From positions 1-64,000 of IMG/VR virus record IMGVR_UViG_3300035684_000002: a stretch of 64,000 nt of DNA; one strand, 5' to 3'. The notes below the pieces were generated by a model. It was not told the origin of the DNA, ran no database searches, and worked only from the letters and a program-made list of their open reading frames with translations. Below are positions 44,253-52,962 of this stretch, piece after piece. This stretch comes from a virus. The position numbers were made by a program, and so were the translations under genes. Each line of letters starts with the position of its first letter. Within the stretch, counting starts at the first letter, position 1.

Positions 44253-44546
44253 TTACCGGCGCCGGGCGGGCCCGGCCTTGCTGCGCGGGATCACCGGCAC
44301 GTCGACGCCCTCGCGCCGCAGCACCATGGTGATGCGGCGCCCCACCGCGACCTCCGTCATGCCGGTGATCGCGGCGAGCTGGGCGCGCGTCAGCTTCCCG
44401 CCGTTGTGCACGTCGTGACGGCGCAGCAGCTGGTCACGCGCGGACAGCGCGTCGGTGTGCTCGTTCCATGTCTCGACGACCCGGCCCTGAGCGGCGCGGA
44501 TCGCCTGTTCGGTACCCGCGTCGATCGCGGTCTGGTTGTCGGTCAT
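44253..44546 (-). CDS. HTH DNA-binding protein (leaderless)
   Basis: Track ORF 97 aa. LTRAQLAAITGMTEVAVGRRI HTH. The ATG sits at the predicted +1 of cassette D. Confidence 0.6.
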   Translation of the reverse strand: MTDNQTAIDAGTEQAIRAAQGRVVETWNEHTDALSARDQLLRRHDVHNGGKLTRAQLAAITGMTEVAVGRRITMVLRREGVDVPVIPRSKAGPARRR

Positions 44547-44597
44547 GGCGTCATCCTAACCTGGCTGTTATCGGCTGGTCAACCGGGGTGTTATCCG
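44547..44597 (-). promoter_or_regulatory. promoter/operator cassette D (leaderless type)
   Basis: -35 TTGACC (44577-82), 18 nt spacer, -10 TAGGAT (44553-58), 6 nt, then ATG 44546. Operator-like ATAACAGCCAGGTTAG and GATAACACCCCGGTTGA. Confidence 0.55.
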
Positions 44598-45367
44598 GCG
44601 AGGTCGCCGACCCCGCCGGTCGCGCGCCGCGCCTCGACCAGCTCGCGCCAGCCGGCGGCGAAGACCGGGTCTTCGGGACCGGGCCCGTCGGGCGGGAAGC
44701 TGGTGAGCAGGGCGGCGGTCGTCGAGCTGGTGACGTACTGGGCCACCGCCGCTAGCTGGCCGGCGGTGAACCGGCCGACCAGCACCTGGTTGCACGCATC
44801 GTGCAGCAGCCCGCGGAAGCACGCGGGGCAGGCGACGTCGGGGTCGTGGTCGCAGTGCTCGCGGGCGTAGTCGTGGTCGTGGTCGACGCGCGGGGTGTAG
44901 CCCTTCGCGAAGGGCTTCCCGCAGGCGCAGCCGCCGCCTTGCAGCGCGAGCACCAGCGCGAAGAGCGCGTCGCTGATGCCGTGCGTCGAGCGGCGGTAGC
45001 TCGCGGCCCGGCCCGCCTTGCGTTCGGCCTGCACCTCGCGCCAGTGCGAGGTGCAGTGCGGGTTGCCGGCGGGGCTGCGCTTGTCGATGGGCCGCGGGGC
45101 CGGCGGGCGGTAGCGGGTGTCGTAGGTGTCGGCGCCGTCGGGCATCGACGGCAGCAGCCGACACCGGACGCACCGGTGCTCGCGGTGGCGGACGAGCACC
45201 AGCATGTGCGTGCCCTTGCAGTTCCCGCCAGCTGGGTGCCGGTGGCCGGGGAACCGCGGTGCGCTGTGCTGGGGCACCGGCTTGGCCGGGGCCGGCACTA
45301 CGCGCAGCCGCTTGCCGCAGCCCTCGACCGGGCAGTGCGCGTAGTGCGCACGCTCGCCCGCGGTCAT
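44591..45367 (-). CDS. endonuclease VII family protein with N-terminal Zn-ribbon extension
   Basis: ATG 45367 (ATGA overlap), in frame with track ORF 44591..45403. VDHDHDY...CFRGLLHDACNQVLVG. Confidence 0.8.
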   Translation of the reverse strand: MTAGERAHYAHCPVEGCGKRLRVVPAPAKPVPQHSAPRFPGHRHPAGGNCKGTHMLVLVRHREHRCVRCRLLPSMPDGADTYDTRYRPPAPRPIDKRSPAGNPHCTSHWREVQAERKAGRAASYRRSTHGISDALFALVLALQGGGCACGKPFAKGYTPRVDHDHDYAREHCDHDPDVACPACFRGLLHDACNQVLVGRFTAGQLAAVAQYVTSSTTAALLTSFPPDGPGPEDPVFAAGWRELVEARRATGGVGDLAG

Positions 45368-45816
45368 CGCTCGCCGACCCGGGTCGGGCCGATGCGCCGC
45401 CACTGCACCAGCTGGCTGGCGCGCCGGTCGACCAGTGCGAGCAGGTCGGCGCTCGCCGCGCGGAACGCCAGCAGGTCGGCGGGGTCGAGCGCGCAGACGA
45501 TCCGGTCGGCGGCGTTCGGGCTGGCGGCGAGCACGTGCGCGAGCGCCATCGCCTGGCCGGTCGCGGTGTGCTCGTCCTGCTCGACGTCGGCCGGGTCGGT
45601 GCGCACGACCTGGGCGTCGTCGGTGACGTGCAGCGCGTTGGCGCCCCGGTACTTCAACGCCACCGCGGGCGCGGCGCGTTCGAGCGCGGCGACGTAGCCG
45701 ACGACCAGTCCGACGGTGCGTGAGCCCGCCGGCCCGGCTGCCTCGCCCAGGTCGGCGAGGTCGAGCAGCGCCTGGTTCAGCTTCGCCACCTGGTCGGCGG
45801 CACGGTCGCCGCTCAC
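45364..45816 (-). CDS. hypothetical protein
   Basis: Track ORF 150 aa. Coupled at both ends. Confidence 0.55.
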   Translation of the reverse strand: MSGDRAADQVAKLNQALLDLADLGEAAGPAGSRTVGLVVGYVAALERAAPAVALKYRGANALHVTDDAQVVRTDPADVEQDEHTATGQAMALAHVLAASPNAADRIVCALDPADLLAFRAASADLLALVDRRASQLVQWRRIGPTRVGER

Positions 45817-46838
45817 CCCTCGCCCCTGTCCCGGTCGAGCCCGGCCGCCAGCGCGCCGGCCATCCCGACCTTGCTGCCGTCGCCCTGCTCGATCACGACG
45901 AAGCTGCCGACGCTCGACCCGGCCTCGACGAACGCCCGCGCCGTCTCGCGGGTGAAGCCGGCGGGCTGGTGGCCGAAGCCGGCGGCGAGCTGGCCCGCAT
46001 CGGTCAGCAGCCAGTCGACCAGGGCGTCGGCGGTGGGGAAGACCTCCGACACGGGGCTGCCCTCCGTCGTGGTCTCCCAGAGCTGCCAGCCCTCGCCGGT
46101 CGGCGGTTCAGTCGACTCCCAGTTCTCTGCCGCCTCGCGCTGGCCGGGGTAGCGCTCGACGGTGGCGTGCCCGTCGCAGGTCGGGCACGCGGTCGTGATG
46201 CCCTCGCGCTTCGCCCGCGCCTCGATCACGATCATGGCGTTGAGCGAGTCGTGACCCATGCCGCGCAGCGACCACCGGTTGACCTGCTCCGCGGAGACCA
46301 TCGGGGCCGGCTCGATCGGCTGCCACCGCGGGGTGCGATCCGCCTCCCAGGTGTGGGTGAAGTCCATCAGCCGGCCGTGCTCGATCAGCACGTCGACGTC
46401 GAGCTGGCTCAAGTGGTGGCACCAGCGCGAGTTGAACAGGTCGGCCAGGCGCTGGGCCTCGCGCCACAGCGCCCAGGCTCCGGTCCCGTAGTACTCCGGC
46501 GCGCGCTCGACGTGGCCGCGGGCCATGGCCCAGACCTCCGCCGTCTGCGCGTCGTAGGGCGTCGAGCCGGTCGAGGTCGGGTCGAACCGCCAGCTGGCCA
46601 GGTCGTACGCCTCGATCAGCAGGTCGTCGACCAGGTCGGCCCAGCCGTACCACTGGGCCCACAGCCCCCGTGCCTCCGGCGTCATGCCGTCGCTGTGCTG
46701 GCGGTAGACCGGGTTGTGGCAGTCGCGGCACGGGTCGCCGTCGAGGTCGTCGGGGCGCAGGTACCCGGGCCAGACCTGGCGTAGCCCGGCGCCGCCGTTG
46801 TCGAAGTCGAGCGGCACCCGCCGCACCTCGCGGCTCAC
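45813..46838 (-). CDS. hypothetical protein with Cys pairs
   Basis: Track ORF 341 aa. Trp/Asp-rich real-protein composition. CRDCHNP and CPTCDGH. Confidence 0.65.
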   Translation of the reverse strand: MSREVRRVPLDFDNGGAGLRQVWPGYLRPDDLDGDPCRDCHNPVYRQHSDGMTPEARGLWAQWYGWADLVDDLLIEAYDLASWRFDPTSTGSTPYDAQTAEVWAMARGHVERAPEYYGTGAWALWREAQRLADLFNSRWCHHLSQLDVDVLIEHGRLMDFTHTWEADRTPRWQPIEPAPMVSAEQVNRWSLRGMGHDSLNAMIVIEARAKREGITTACPTCDGHATVERYPGQREAAENWESTEPPTGEGWQLWETTTEGSPVSEVFPTADALVDWLLTDAGQLAAGFGHQPAGFTRETARAFVEAGSSVGSFVVIEQGDGSKVGMAGALAAGLDRDRGEG

Positions 46839-46987
46839 GACCGGCTCCGCTCGCGGACCAGGGCGGCGAGGTCGGCGACGTTGTCGTCGAGCTGCGCCAC
46901 CTGGTCGTCATCGAGGCGGGCCAGCTCGCGGCGCGCGCCGTCGAGGTCGCCGCGCTCGATGGCGTCGAGGGCGTCGCGTCCGGTCAT
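46835..46987 (-). CDS. 50-aa acidic helical peptide (tentative)
   Basis: ATG 46987 (ATGA overlap), in frame with track ORF 46835..47494. Confidence 0.4.
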   Translation of the reverse strand: MTGRDALDAIERGDLDGARRELARLDDDQVAQLDDNVADLAALVRERSRS

Positions 46988-47376
46988 CGGCGCTTCACTC
47001 CCACCAGCACGACGTTGCCCGACGACGGGCGCATGATGATCTGCTCGCTGCCGCGCACCTGCACCTCGCCCGCGGGGTAGTCGGTCCAACCGGGGCCGCC
47101 GGTCACGCTGACCTCGACGTAGCGTCCATCGACCTGGCCGGGACCGTCGAGCAGGAACCGCACCTGACCGTGGTAGGTCGGCACGCCGACGTAGCGGCGG
47201 GTCCCGCCTTGGCCGATATCGATCACGGCGTGGGCGTCGTCGGGGCCGTGCCCGCCGACCGCGTCGTCGCGCTCGCGCCACGCGTTGGTCACCTCGCGGC
47301 GCAGGTCGCCGATCAGCTCGCGGGCCCAGACGGGCAACCGCTGCTCGCGGTCGTCTTTGATCATCGGGTTGGGCAT
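46984..47376 (-). CDS. hypothetical protein
   Basis: Track ORF 130 aa. Preceded by GAACGGAGACCACGACC. Confidence 0.6.
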   Translation of the reverse strand: MPNPMIKDDREQRLPVWARELIGDLRREVTNAWRERDDAVGGHGPDDAHAVIDIGQGGTRRYVGVPTYHGQVRFLLDGPGQVDGRYVEVSVTGGPGWTDYPAGEVQVRGSEQIIMRPSSGNVVLVGVKRR

Positions 47377-47395
47377 GGTCGTGGTCTCCGTTCGG

Positions 47396-47432
47396 TGACC
47401 CCGGGGGCGACCAGCAGCTGGTCGCCCCCGGG
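47396..47432 (-). terminator. stem-loop terminator
   Basis: Near-perfect 37 bp palindrome ACCCCGGGGGCGACCAGC-A-GCTGGTCGCCCCCGGGGT. Confidence 0.55.
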
Positions 47433-47441
47433 GTGGCGGGG

Positions 47442-48101
47442 TCAGTTGGTCGGGTCGGTCTCAGCGAGCGCGTCGACCGCGGTCGACGATGCACCGGAGG
47501 TCAGAGCGAGCAGGGCCGGGCCCTCGATCGGCGCGACGCCACCAGCCGCCAGCACATCGGGCAACGAGTAGCTGCCGACCAGCTCGACCGCGGCGTAACA
47601 CGAGGGGTTGCCGTCGGGGTCGATGCCGCGCTGGCCGACCCAGCGTCCGCGCTGCGGCGGGGTCTTCTGGAATCCTTCGTAGACCTCGAACCGGCCGACG
47701 CCTTCGTCGGCGTCGAGGTCGACCAAGTAGGCGTACTCGCAGAACAGCGAGTCGGTCGGGAAGTCGTCGGCGGGTTCGTAGTAGCCGGCCCGCAGCATCG
47801 CGGCGGGGTTGCCCTGGGTGTGGCGCAGCAGCGAGTACCAGTCGCGCCCGGTGCTCACGCCCGGGTCGTGGAATTCCGCCAGCCGCGCGAAGTCGGCGGG
47901 GGCGGGCTCGCGGTCGGTCGGCACGGGGGCGAGGCGGCGCACCTGCTCGCGCAGCTCCACCAGCCCGCCCAGCTTGCGCAGCTGCGCGACCAGCCAGCGG
48001 GCGACGTCCATCCCTAGCCCGTCGGGGTAGCTGTCGTTGTGGTTGTAGGTGATCTTCGTCTGGCCGTCGAGCACGAAGCCCCAGGCGCCGCGGGTTCCCA
48101 T
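47442..48101 (-). CDS. hypothetical protein
   Basis: ATG 48101 follows GAACGGAGAACGACC and is in frame with track ORF 47442..48464. Confidence 0.65.
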   Translation of the reverse strand: MGTRGAWGFVLDGQTKITYNHNDSYPDGLGMDVARWLVAQLRKLGGLVELREQVRRLAPVPTDREPAPADFARLAEFHDPGVSTGRDWYSLLRHTQGNPAAMLRAGYYEPADDFPTDSLFCEYAYLVDLDADEGVGRFEVYEGFQKTPPQRGRWVGQRGIDPDGNPSCYAAVELVGSYSLPDVLAAGGVAPIEGPALLALTSGASSTAVDALAETDPTN

Positions 48102-48139
48102 GGTCGTTCTCCGTTCAGTCAGGTGATGCGTCGGGTGGC

Positions 48140-48183
48140 GCCAGCCGGCGGGGCGAGGTCTCCCCCGCGCCCCGCCGGCTGGC
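48140..48183 (-). terminator. hairpin (terminator/attenuator) between two genes
   Basis: 16 bp stem GCCAGCCGGCGGGGCG/CGCCCCGCCGGCTGGC. Confidence 0.5.
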
Positions 48184-48232
48184 GGGCTGGGCGGCCCGTT
48201 CGCGCTCCCCAGCGCGGGCCCGCCCTGGTCGG

Positions 48233-48424
48233 TCAGCTCGCGGTGCGCGAGCAGGTCAGCAGCTGGCCGGTCGCGGCGTAGTGCGCGCGTGCGCGCAGCT
48301 CGCGGGCGGCAGCCCGGTGGACGGCGGCGCGGGAGAAGATCGCCCGGCGCTTGCCGGGGTGGCACTCCGTCAGCAGCTCGCGCTCGATCTCGATCGCCGC
48401 TGCGGTGTGCTGCTCCGCGTCCAT
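48233..48424 (-). CDS. small hypothetical protein
   Basis: Track ORF 63 aa. Driven by cassette E. Confidence 0.5.
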   Translation of the reverse strand: MDAEQHTAAAIEIERELLTECHPGKRRAIFSRAAVHRAAARELRARAHYAATGQLLTCSRTAS

Positions 48425-48507
48425 CGTGGTCCCCTTCCCCGCCCGGTCCGTCCGGGCATGGCACTACCTTAACACCCCCGTCAGAGGTGGCGCAACAGGG
48501 GGGTTAG
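48425..48507 (-). promoter_or_regulatory. promoter/operator/leader cassette E
   Basis: -35 TTGCGC (48490-95), -10 TAAGGT (48466-71), +1 at 48459. Operator CTGACGGGGGTGTTAAG. Leader identical to cassette H. Confidence 0.6.
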
Positions 48508-49673
48508 TCGCGGTAGCTGTCTTCGACCACGTCGCTGTCGTCGAAGTCCGGGTCGACCCGGTCGGCTGGCTGCGGGCGCGGATCGTCGAGCAGGACCGGG
48601 CCATGGGTCAGCAGCTCCGACCAGAACAGGTGACCGCCGCCGGCCTCACGGACCCAGCCCTGGGGCCGGCCGTTGTCGAGGTCGCGCAGCCAGGTGATCG
48701 GGTCGCCGGTGTCCTGGTCGTGTGTCCAGACCTGCTCGACCTCCGGGCCCGGTTCGTCGGGCATGGCCAGCTCGCGCGGGTTCTGCGCGGCCAGCAGCTG
48801 GCGCACCCGCTCGAACACCGCGCGCCAGACAGTGACGCCGGAGCCGGGCTCGACGTCGAGCAGTTCGGCCAGCGCCGACCAGGTGCGCGACGGGGTCTGC
48901 TCGGCCAGCTTGCGCACCTGGTCGACCAGCAGGTCGGTGTCGAGTTCGGGGCCGTCGCCGAACAGGGCGGCGCTCGCGCGGCGCAGCTGCGCCAGCTCGC
49001 CCCGCGCCCGGTAGCTCTGGGCGACCCGGTCGACCAGCTCGAAGTCGCCCAGCCGGGACGGGTCGCGCTCGACGGCGGTCGCGATGTCCGCGCGCAGCCG
49101 GGCTAGCGTGCGCACGCTGTCGACCAGCTGGTTGTCCGACAGCGGCGCCATGGTCGAGCGGCCCAGCGCCAGCGCGAGGTGCCCGCGCAGTTCGTCGAGC
49201 TGGCGGCGGTTGCGGGCGCTAGCCTCGCGGGCGTCGGCTGCCTGGGTCTCGGCAGCGTCGACGACGTCGCCGACCAGGTCGGCCACGTCGACCAGCGGCC
49301 GGAGGTCGTCGACGTCGAGGTCGGCGTTGCGGGTGGCGAGCAGGTTCCGCAGCGCCCACCGCGTCCGGCGCTGGTCGGCGACCACGGCGGTGATCTCGCC
49401 CAGCAGCTGGTGCCAGGGGGGCACCGCGCCGCCGGGCCAGTCAAGGGCGCGGGTCAGCTCGAAGCGGGCTGCCTGCCAGGTGGCGTCGGCCACCGCGGTG
49501 TCGACCAGCCCGACGGTCGTCGGCGACACCGCGGGCGCCATCGTGGTCTCGACCTGCTCGGCGCGGGCGGCGAGCTGGTCGACCAGGTCGGCCAGCGGCG
49601 GGATGGGCGCGTCGTCGTCGAGGTCGAGCAGCCCGGCCAGGCGGGCGCGGGCGGCGAGCAGCGCGGCGCTCAC
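48504..49673 (-). CDS. repeat protein, paralogue of 41363..42493
   Basis: Track ORF 389 aa. The same LxxALxxD...W..L..V-type units. The TAA stop lies in the cassette E upstream site. Confidence 0.65.
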   Translation of the reverse strand: MSAALLAARARLAGLLDLDDDAPIPPLADLVDQLAARAEQVETTMAPAVSPTTVGLVDTAVADATWQAARFELTRALDWPGGAVPPWHQLLGEITAVVADQRRTRWALRNLLATRNADLDVDDLRPLVDVADLVGDVVDAAETQAADAREASARNRRQLDELRGHLALALGRSTMAPLSDNQLVDSVRTLARLRADIATAVERDPSRLGDFELVDRVAQSYRARGELAQLRRASAALFGDGPELDTDLLVDQVRKLAEQTPSRTWSALAELLDVEPGSGVTVWRAVFERVRQLLAAQNPRELAMPDEPGPEVEQVWTHDQDTGDPITWLRDLDNGRPQGWVREAGGGHLFWSELLTHGPVLLDDPRPQPADRVDPDFDDSDVVEDSYRD

Positions 49674-49879
49674 CGGTTCACCAGCGCGGGGGTCTCGACG
49701 GCGCGGCGGGCGCGGCGGGCGGCGGCGGCGTCGCGGGCCACCCGGGCGGAGTGCGCCAGCAGCAGGGCGACGCGGGGGTCGACACCGCGGTGGCCGTCGG
49801 GGGCGGAGTGCCGGCCGCCGGTGAGCCGGGCGGCGACGCGCTCCGGGCGGTGCTGGCCGGCGGTCCTGGGGGTGATCAT
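49670..49879 (-). CDS. small basic protein
   Basis: Track ORF 69 aa. Preceded by GAACGGAACGGAGACCACCCGAC. Confidence 0.45.
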   Translation of the reverse strand: MITPRTAGQHRPERVAARLTGGRHSAPDGHRGVDPRVALLLAHSARVARDAAAARRARRAVETPALVNR

Positions 49880-49955
49880 GTCGGGTGGTCTCCGTTCCGT
49901 TCGGTGTGGTCGTAGCCTAACACCCAGGTTAGGCGAGGTGCAACAGGGGGGTTAG
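49880..49955 (-). promoter_or_regulatory. promoter/operator cassette F (short leader, no hairpin)
   Basis: -35 TTGCAC (49938-43), -10 TAGGCT (49914-19). Operator CTAACCTGGGTGTTAG. Confidence 0.55.
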
Positions 49956-49990
49956 CAGCTGGGGCCCGGGTCCGGTCCGGGCCCCAGCTG
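49956..49990 (-). terminator. stem-loop terminator
   Basis: 14 bp stem CAGCTGGGGCCCGG/CCGGGCCCCAGCTG. Confidence 0.55.
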
Positions 49991-49995
49991 GGCGA

Positions 49996-50268
49996 TCAGG
50001 CGCGGGGCGCCATCCGCGAGGTCGGCACGAACAGCGCCACGAACCCGTCGTAGCTGCGGTCAGCCGCGGGGCCCCACTCCAGGGCGTCGAGCACGTCGGC
50101 GATCAGCTCGCGGTCGTCGGCGGAGTCGGCGAAGACGGTGTGCAGCTGGCCGCCCAGAACCCGAAGCGAGACGATCCGGGGGTCGAGGTCGAGCTGGGCC
50201 AGCTGCGACTTGATCACGCGGGTGCGGGCGGCGGCGGAGCGGGGGGCGGCGGTTCCGGTGTTCGTCAT
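49996..50268 (-). CDS. hypothetical protein (leaderless)
   Basis: Track ORF 90 aa. The ATG sits at the predicted +1 of cassette G. Confidence 0.6.
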   Translation of the reverse strand: MTNTGTAAPRSAAARTRVIKSQLAQLDLDPRIVSLRVLGGQLHTVFADSADDRELIADVLDALEWGPAADRSYDGFVALFVPTSRMAPRA

Positions 50269-50312
50269 GGGAGTAGCTTAACACCCCTGTTAGCGAGGCG
50301 CAACCCCGGGGG
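50269..50312 (-). promoter_or_regulatory. promoter/operator cassette G (leaderless type)
   Basis: -35 TTGCGC (50299-304), -10 TAAGCT (50275-80), 6 nt, then ATG 50268. Operator CTAACAGGGGTGTTAAG. Confidence 0.6.
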
Positions 50313-50330
50313 TCGAAGTCGCTCCGGGCG

Positions 50331-50378
50331 CAGCTGCGCCCCAGGCCGGGAGGGGTCCGCGAGCCTGGGGCGCAGCTG
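50331..50378 (-). terminator. stem-loop terminator
   Basis: 16 bp stem CAGCTGCGCCCCAGGC/GCCTGGGGCGCAGCTG. Confidence 0.5.
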
Positions 50379-50501
50379 GTGCCGCCCCGTGCGGGCCGTC
50401 GCCCGGCGGAGCGGCGGGCCAGGTGCTGCCGCGCGTCCGCGGTGCCAGCTGGCCCAGCAGGTGGGCGCTGGGCCCGGCCGCCAGCCGGGCCCAGCGCGAG
50501 G

Positions 50502-50810
50502 TCACGCCAGCGCCACGCCGCGCTCGCGGGCCAGCCCGCGCAGGGCGGCCCGGCGCTGCAACGCGCTGTGGTGGCGGTCGAGCACGCGCACCAGGTACGC
50601 CTCGACCAGCTCCGCCGGGATGGCGACGGCGTCGCGGGTGAGGTCGGTCAGCACCGCGCCATCGCGGGTAATCACCGCCTTGACGTCGCCCAGCCGGCCC
50701 GGCGTGTGCACGATCCGGGTCCCGGCCGGAGCGACGACCCGGCGGCCGGCGGTCCAGACGCCCAGGCCCAGCTCGCGGGCGGTGCTGGTGGTCTCGGTCG
50801 CGGTGTCCAT
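50502..50810 (-). CDS. hypothetical protein
   Basis: Track ORF 102 aa. Driven by cassette H. Confidence 0.6.
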   Translation of the reverse strand: MDTATETTSTARELGLGVWTAGRRVVAPAGTRIVHTPGRLGDVKAVITRDGAVLTDLTRDAVAIPAELVEAYLVRVLDRHHSALQRRAALRGLARERGVALA

Positions 50811-50890
50811 CGTGGTCCCCTTCCCCGCCCGGTCCGTCCGGGCATGGCACTACTCTAACACCCCTGTTAGCGAGGCGCAACCCCCGGGGT
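50811..50890 (-). promoter_or_regulatory. promoter/operator/leader cassette H
   Basis: -35 TTGCGC (50875-80), -10 TAGAGT (50852-57), +1 at 50845. Operator CTAACAGGGGTGTTAG. Leader hairpin present. Confidence 0.6.
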
Positions 50891-50913
50891 CGGAACTGGT
50901 CCCGACCCCGGGG
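50882..50913 (-). terminator. stem-loop terminator
   Basis: 12 bp stem CCCCGGGGTCGG/CCGACCCCGGGG. Confidence 0.5.
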
Positions 50914-50923
50914 TCGTCGCAGG

Positions 50924-52465
50924 TCAGCCCCGGCGCGGGACGCCCGCGCGCTGCTGGCGCCGGGCGCGCTCGACCTTGCCGACGACCTCGCGCGCCACCG
51001 CCGCGCGGCGGATCGTGCCGGGCGCGTGCGGGTAGCGGGCCAGCTGGGCGAGGTAGGGGGCGACCCCGGCAGGGTGCACGACCTCGCCCCCGTGCAGCGC
51101 GGTGACCAGCTGGTCACCGACCAGGTAGCCGACCAGCCGGCGGTCGCCGGCGCGGCCCAGGCGCACGACCTGGTCGCCGAACTCGCCGTGGTCGGCGGGG
51201 GCGAGGTCAACCGGGGCGTCGTCGACCGCCATCGCCTCGACCAGCTGGCGGGCGCTGACGTCGCCGGAGAGCAGCGCCGGGTCGACCAGTGGCGGCCGGG
51301 CCAGGCTGACCCCGCGCGTCCCGGCAGCGCCGTCCTGGGGGCGCACCTGGCCGGCCAGGTCGCGCACCTTGCCGGCCAGCTGGGCGACCTGGTGCCCAGC
51401 CCGCTGGCCGCGCTCGATGGCGCGGTCGTGCTCGCCGGTGACCTCGCGCAGCTGGCCGCGGTAGCTCGCGGCCCGGGCCTGGTGGGCGTCGGCCAGCGAG
51501 CGGAGCTGGCGCACCGCGCGGGTCACGATGGCGCCCTGCTCGCGCGCCTCGCCCGCGAAGTCCGGGCGGGCGATCCCGACCAGCGTGGCGATCGCCCCGG
51601 CCAGTTCGTCGAGGTCGACCCCGTCGGGGTCGGGCGTGCCGGCGGCGACGTCGAGCACCAGCGTGTCGTCGGCGGGCGGGTCGGTGCGCAGCTCGCGCCC
51701 GGCCAGCTGCGCCGACCAGGTGGCCGCCGCCGCGTTCCGGGCGGCGACCTGCGCCGCCCGGTCGAGCAGCGCCGCGCTGGCCGGCGGCATGACCGGCTCG
51801 ACGACCGGCGCCGACGGGGCGACCAGCTGGCCGGCCTCGACGGCGGCGCGGATGTCGGCGGCCGGCTGCGGCAGCCGGTAGTCGGGCCCGGTCAGCTCGA
51901 AGGTGTGCGAGCTGCTGGCCAGGTGGTGGCGGTGCTCCGGTCGGCCGCAGCGGGCGCACCGCTCCGCGGGCGGGAACCAGACCAGCCGGTTGAGCACGAC
52001 GGCGAGCACGTCGTTGCGGGGGCGAGTCTCCCAGCCGGTGGCGGCGGCGGTCTCGACCTGGCCGTCGGGGGCGAGCCAGACGGTGACCGCTTCGTAGCCG
52101 TCCTGCTCGCTGGCCGGGCGGTCGGCGGTGGCGGCCAGCTGGCCACGCTCGAAGGCGAGGTTGGCGCCGGTGCCCAGGGTCGGCAGCTCGCGCCAGCCGT
52201 TGCGCTCCGCCGCCTCGACCAGCAGCCGGCGGGGGGCGTCATCGTGGCGCAGCCAGGCCAGCACCACCTCGCGCTTGCCCTGGCGCGGCTGGTCGCGGAG
52301 CTGGCCGGCTCGCCGGACGGCGGCGGTCACCGCGCCGGCCCGGTTGAACCAGACGGCCAGGTGCACGTCCCCGCGGGTGATCTCGACGTAGGCGTTGCCG
52401 TCGGTGGCGGCCCAGCCCTGCTCGGCGGCGTCGGCCAGGATCTGCTCGCGGGCGGTGATGCTCAT
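50924..52465 (-). CDS. hypothetical protein (513 aa)
   Basis: Track ORF. Balanced composition. CARCGRPEHRHH motif. Driven by cassette I. Confidence 0.7.
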   Translation of the reverse strand: MSITAREQILADAAEQGWAATDGNAYVEITRGDVHLAVWFNRAGAVTAAVRRAGQLRDQPRQGKREVVLAWLRHDDAPRRLLVEAAERNGWRELPTLGTGANLAFERGQLAATADRPASEQDGYEAVTVWLAPDGQVETAAATGWETRPRNDVLAVVLNRLVWFPPAERCARCGRPEHRHHLASSSHTFELTGPDYRLPQPAADIRAAVEAGQLVAPSAPVVEPVMPPASAALLDRAAQVAARNAAAATWSAQLAGRELRTDPPADDTLVLDVAAGTPDPDGVDLDELAGAIATLVGIARPDFAGEAREQGAIVTRAVRQLRSLADAHQARAASYRGQLREVTGEHDRAIERGQRAGHQVAQLAGKVRDLAGQVRPQDGAAGTRGVSLARPPLVDPALLSGDVSARQLVEAMAVDDAPVDLAPADHGEFGDQVVRLGRAGDRRLVGYLVGDQLVTALHGGEVVHPAGVAPYLAQLARYPHAPGTIRRAAVAREVVGKVERARRQQRAGVPRRG

Positions 52466-52550
52466 CGTCGGGGGCTCCGTTCCGCCCGGTCCGTCCGGGC
52501 ATGGCAGAACAGTAACACCCCTGTCAGAGCGAGCGCAACCCCCCTGTTAG
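52466..52550 (-). promoter_or_regulatory. promoter/operator/leader cassette I
   Basis: -35 TTGCGC (52533-38), -10 TACTGT (52509-14), +1 at 52502. Operator CTGACAGGGGTGTTAC. Upstream site CTAACAGGGGGGTTGCGC. Leader hairpin present. Confidence 0.6.
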
Positions 52551-52604
52551 AGATCGCCGCCGGCGAGGTGTTCCCGCAGGTCAACGGCGAGTTTCGCCCC
52601 GGTG

Positions 52605-52676
52605 TTGACGGGAGCTAACAGGGGTGTTAGTGTTCTCCCATGCCCGGACGGACCGGGCGGGACGGAGACCAGGACG
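52605..52676 (+). promoter_or_regulatory. promoter/operator/leader cassette J
   Basis: -35 TTGACG (52605-10), 17 nt spacer, -10 TAGTGT (52628-33), +1 at 52640. Operator CTAACAGGGGTGTTAG. 37 nt leader with hairpin. Confidence 0.65.
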
Positions 52677-52919
52677 ATGGACGCGAACACCCCCTACAGC
52701 ACCGGCGAGGCCACCGACATGGCGGTCATGCTGCTGATGCGCAAGCTGCGCCGGGGGCTGTCCTTCGAGGTGGCGCTGGCCCAGCTGCCCGACGGGGCGC
52801 GCGAGGCGCTAGCCCACGCCGAGCAGTGCGGCGACGACGTGCGCTTCGCCGACCAGGCGGCCGGCATCGGCTTCGGCGACCGGCCCTGGCCGACCCGGTT
52901 CGCCGACCTCGACGACTGA
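52677..52919 (+). CDS. small hypothetical protein
   Basis: ATG 52677 follows GACGGAGACC and is in frame with track ORF 52602..52919. Confidence 0.6.
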   Translation: MDANTPYSTGEATDMAVMLLMRKLRRGLSFEVALAQLPDGAREALAHAEQCGDDVRFADQAAGIGFGDRPWPTRFADLDD

Positions 52920-52926
52920 CCCCCGC

Positions 52927-52952
52927 GGGGGCCCGGCTCCGGCCGGGCCCCC
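52927..52952 (+). terminator. stem-loop terminator
   Basis: 11 bp stem GGGGGCCCGGC/GCCGGGCCCCC with loop TCCG. Confidence 0.5.
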
Positions 52953-52962
52953 GACCTGGGCC

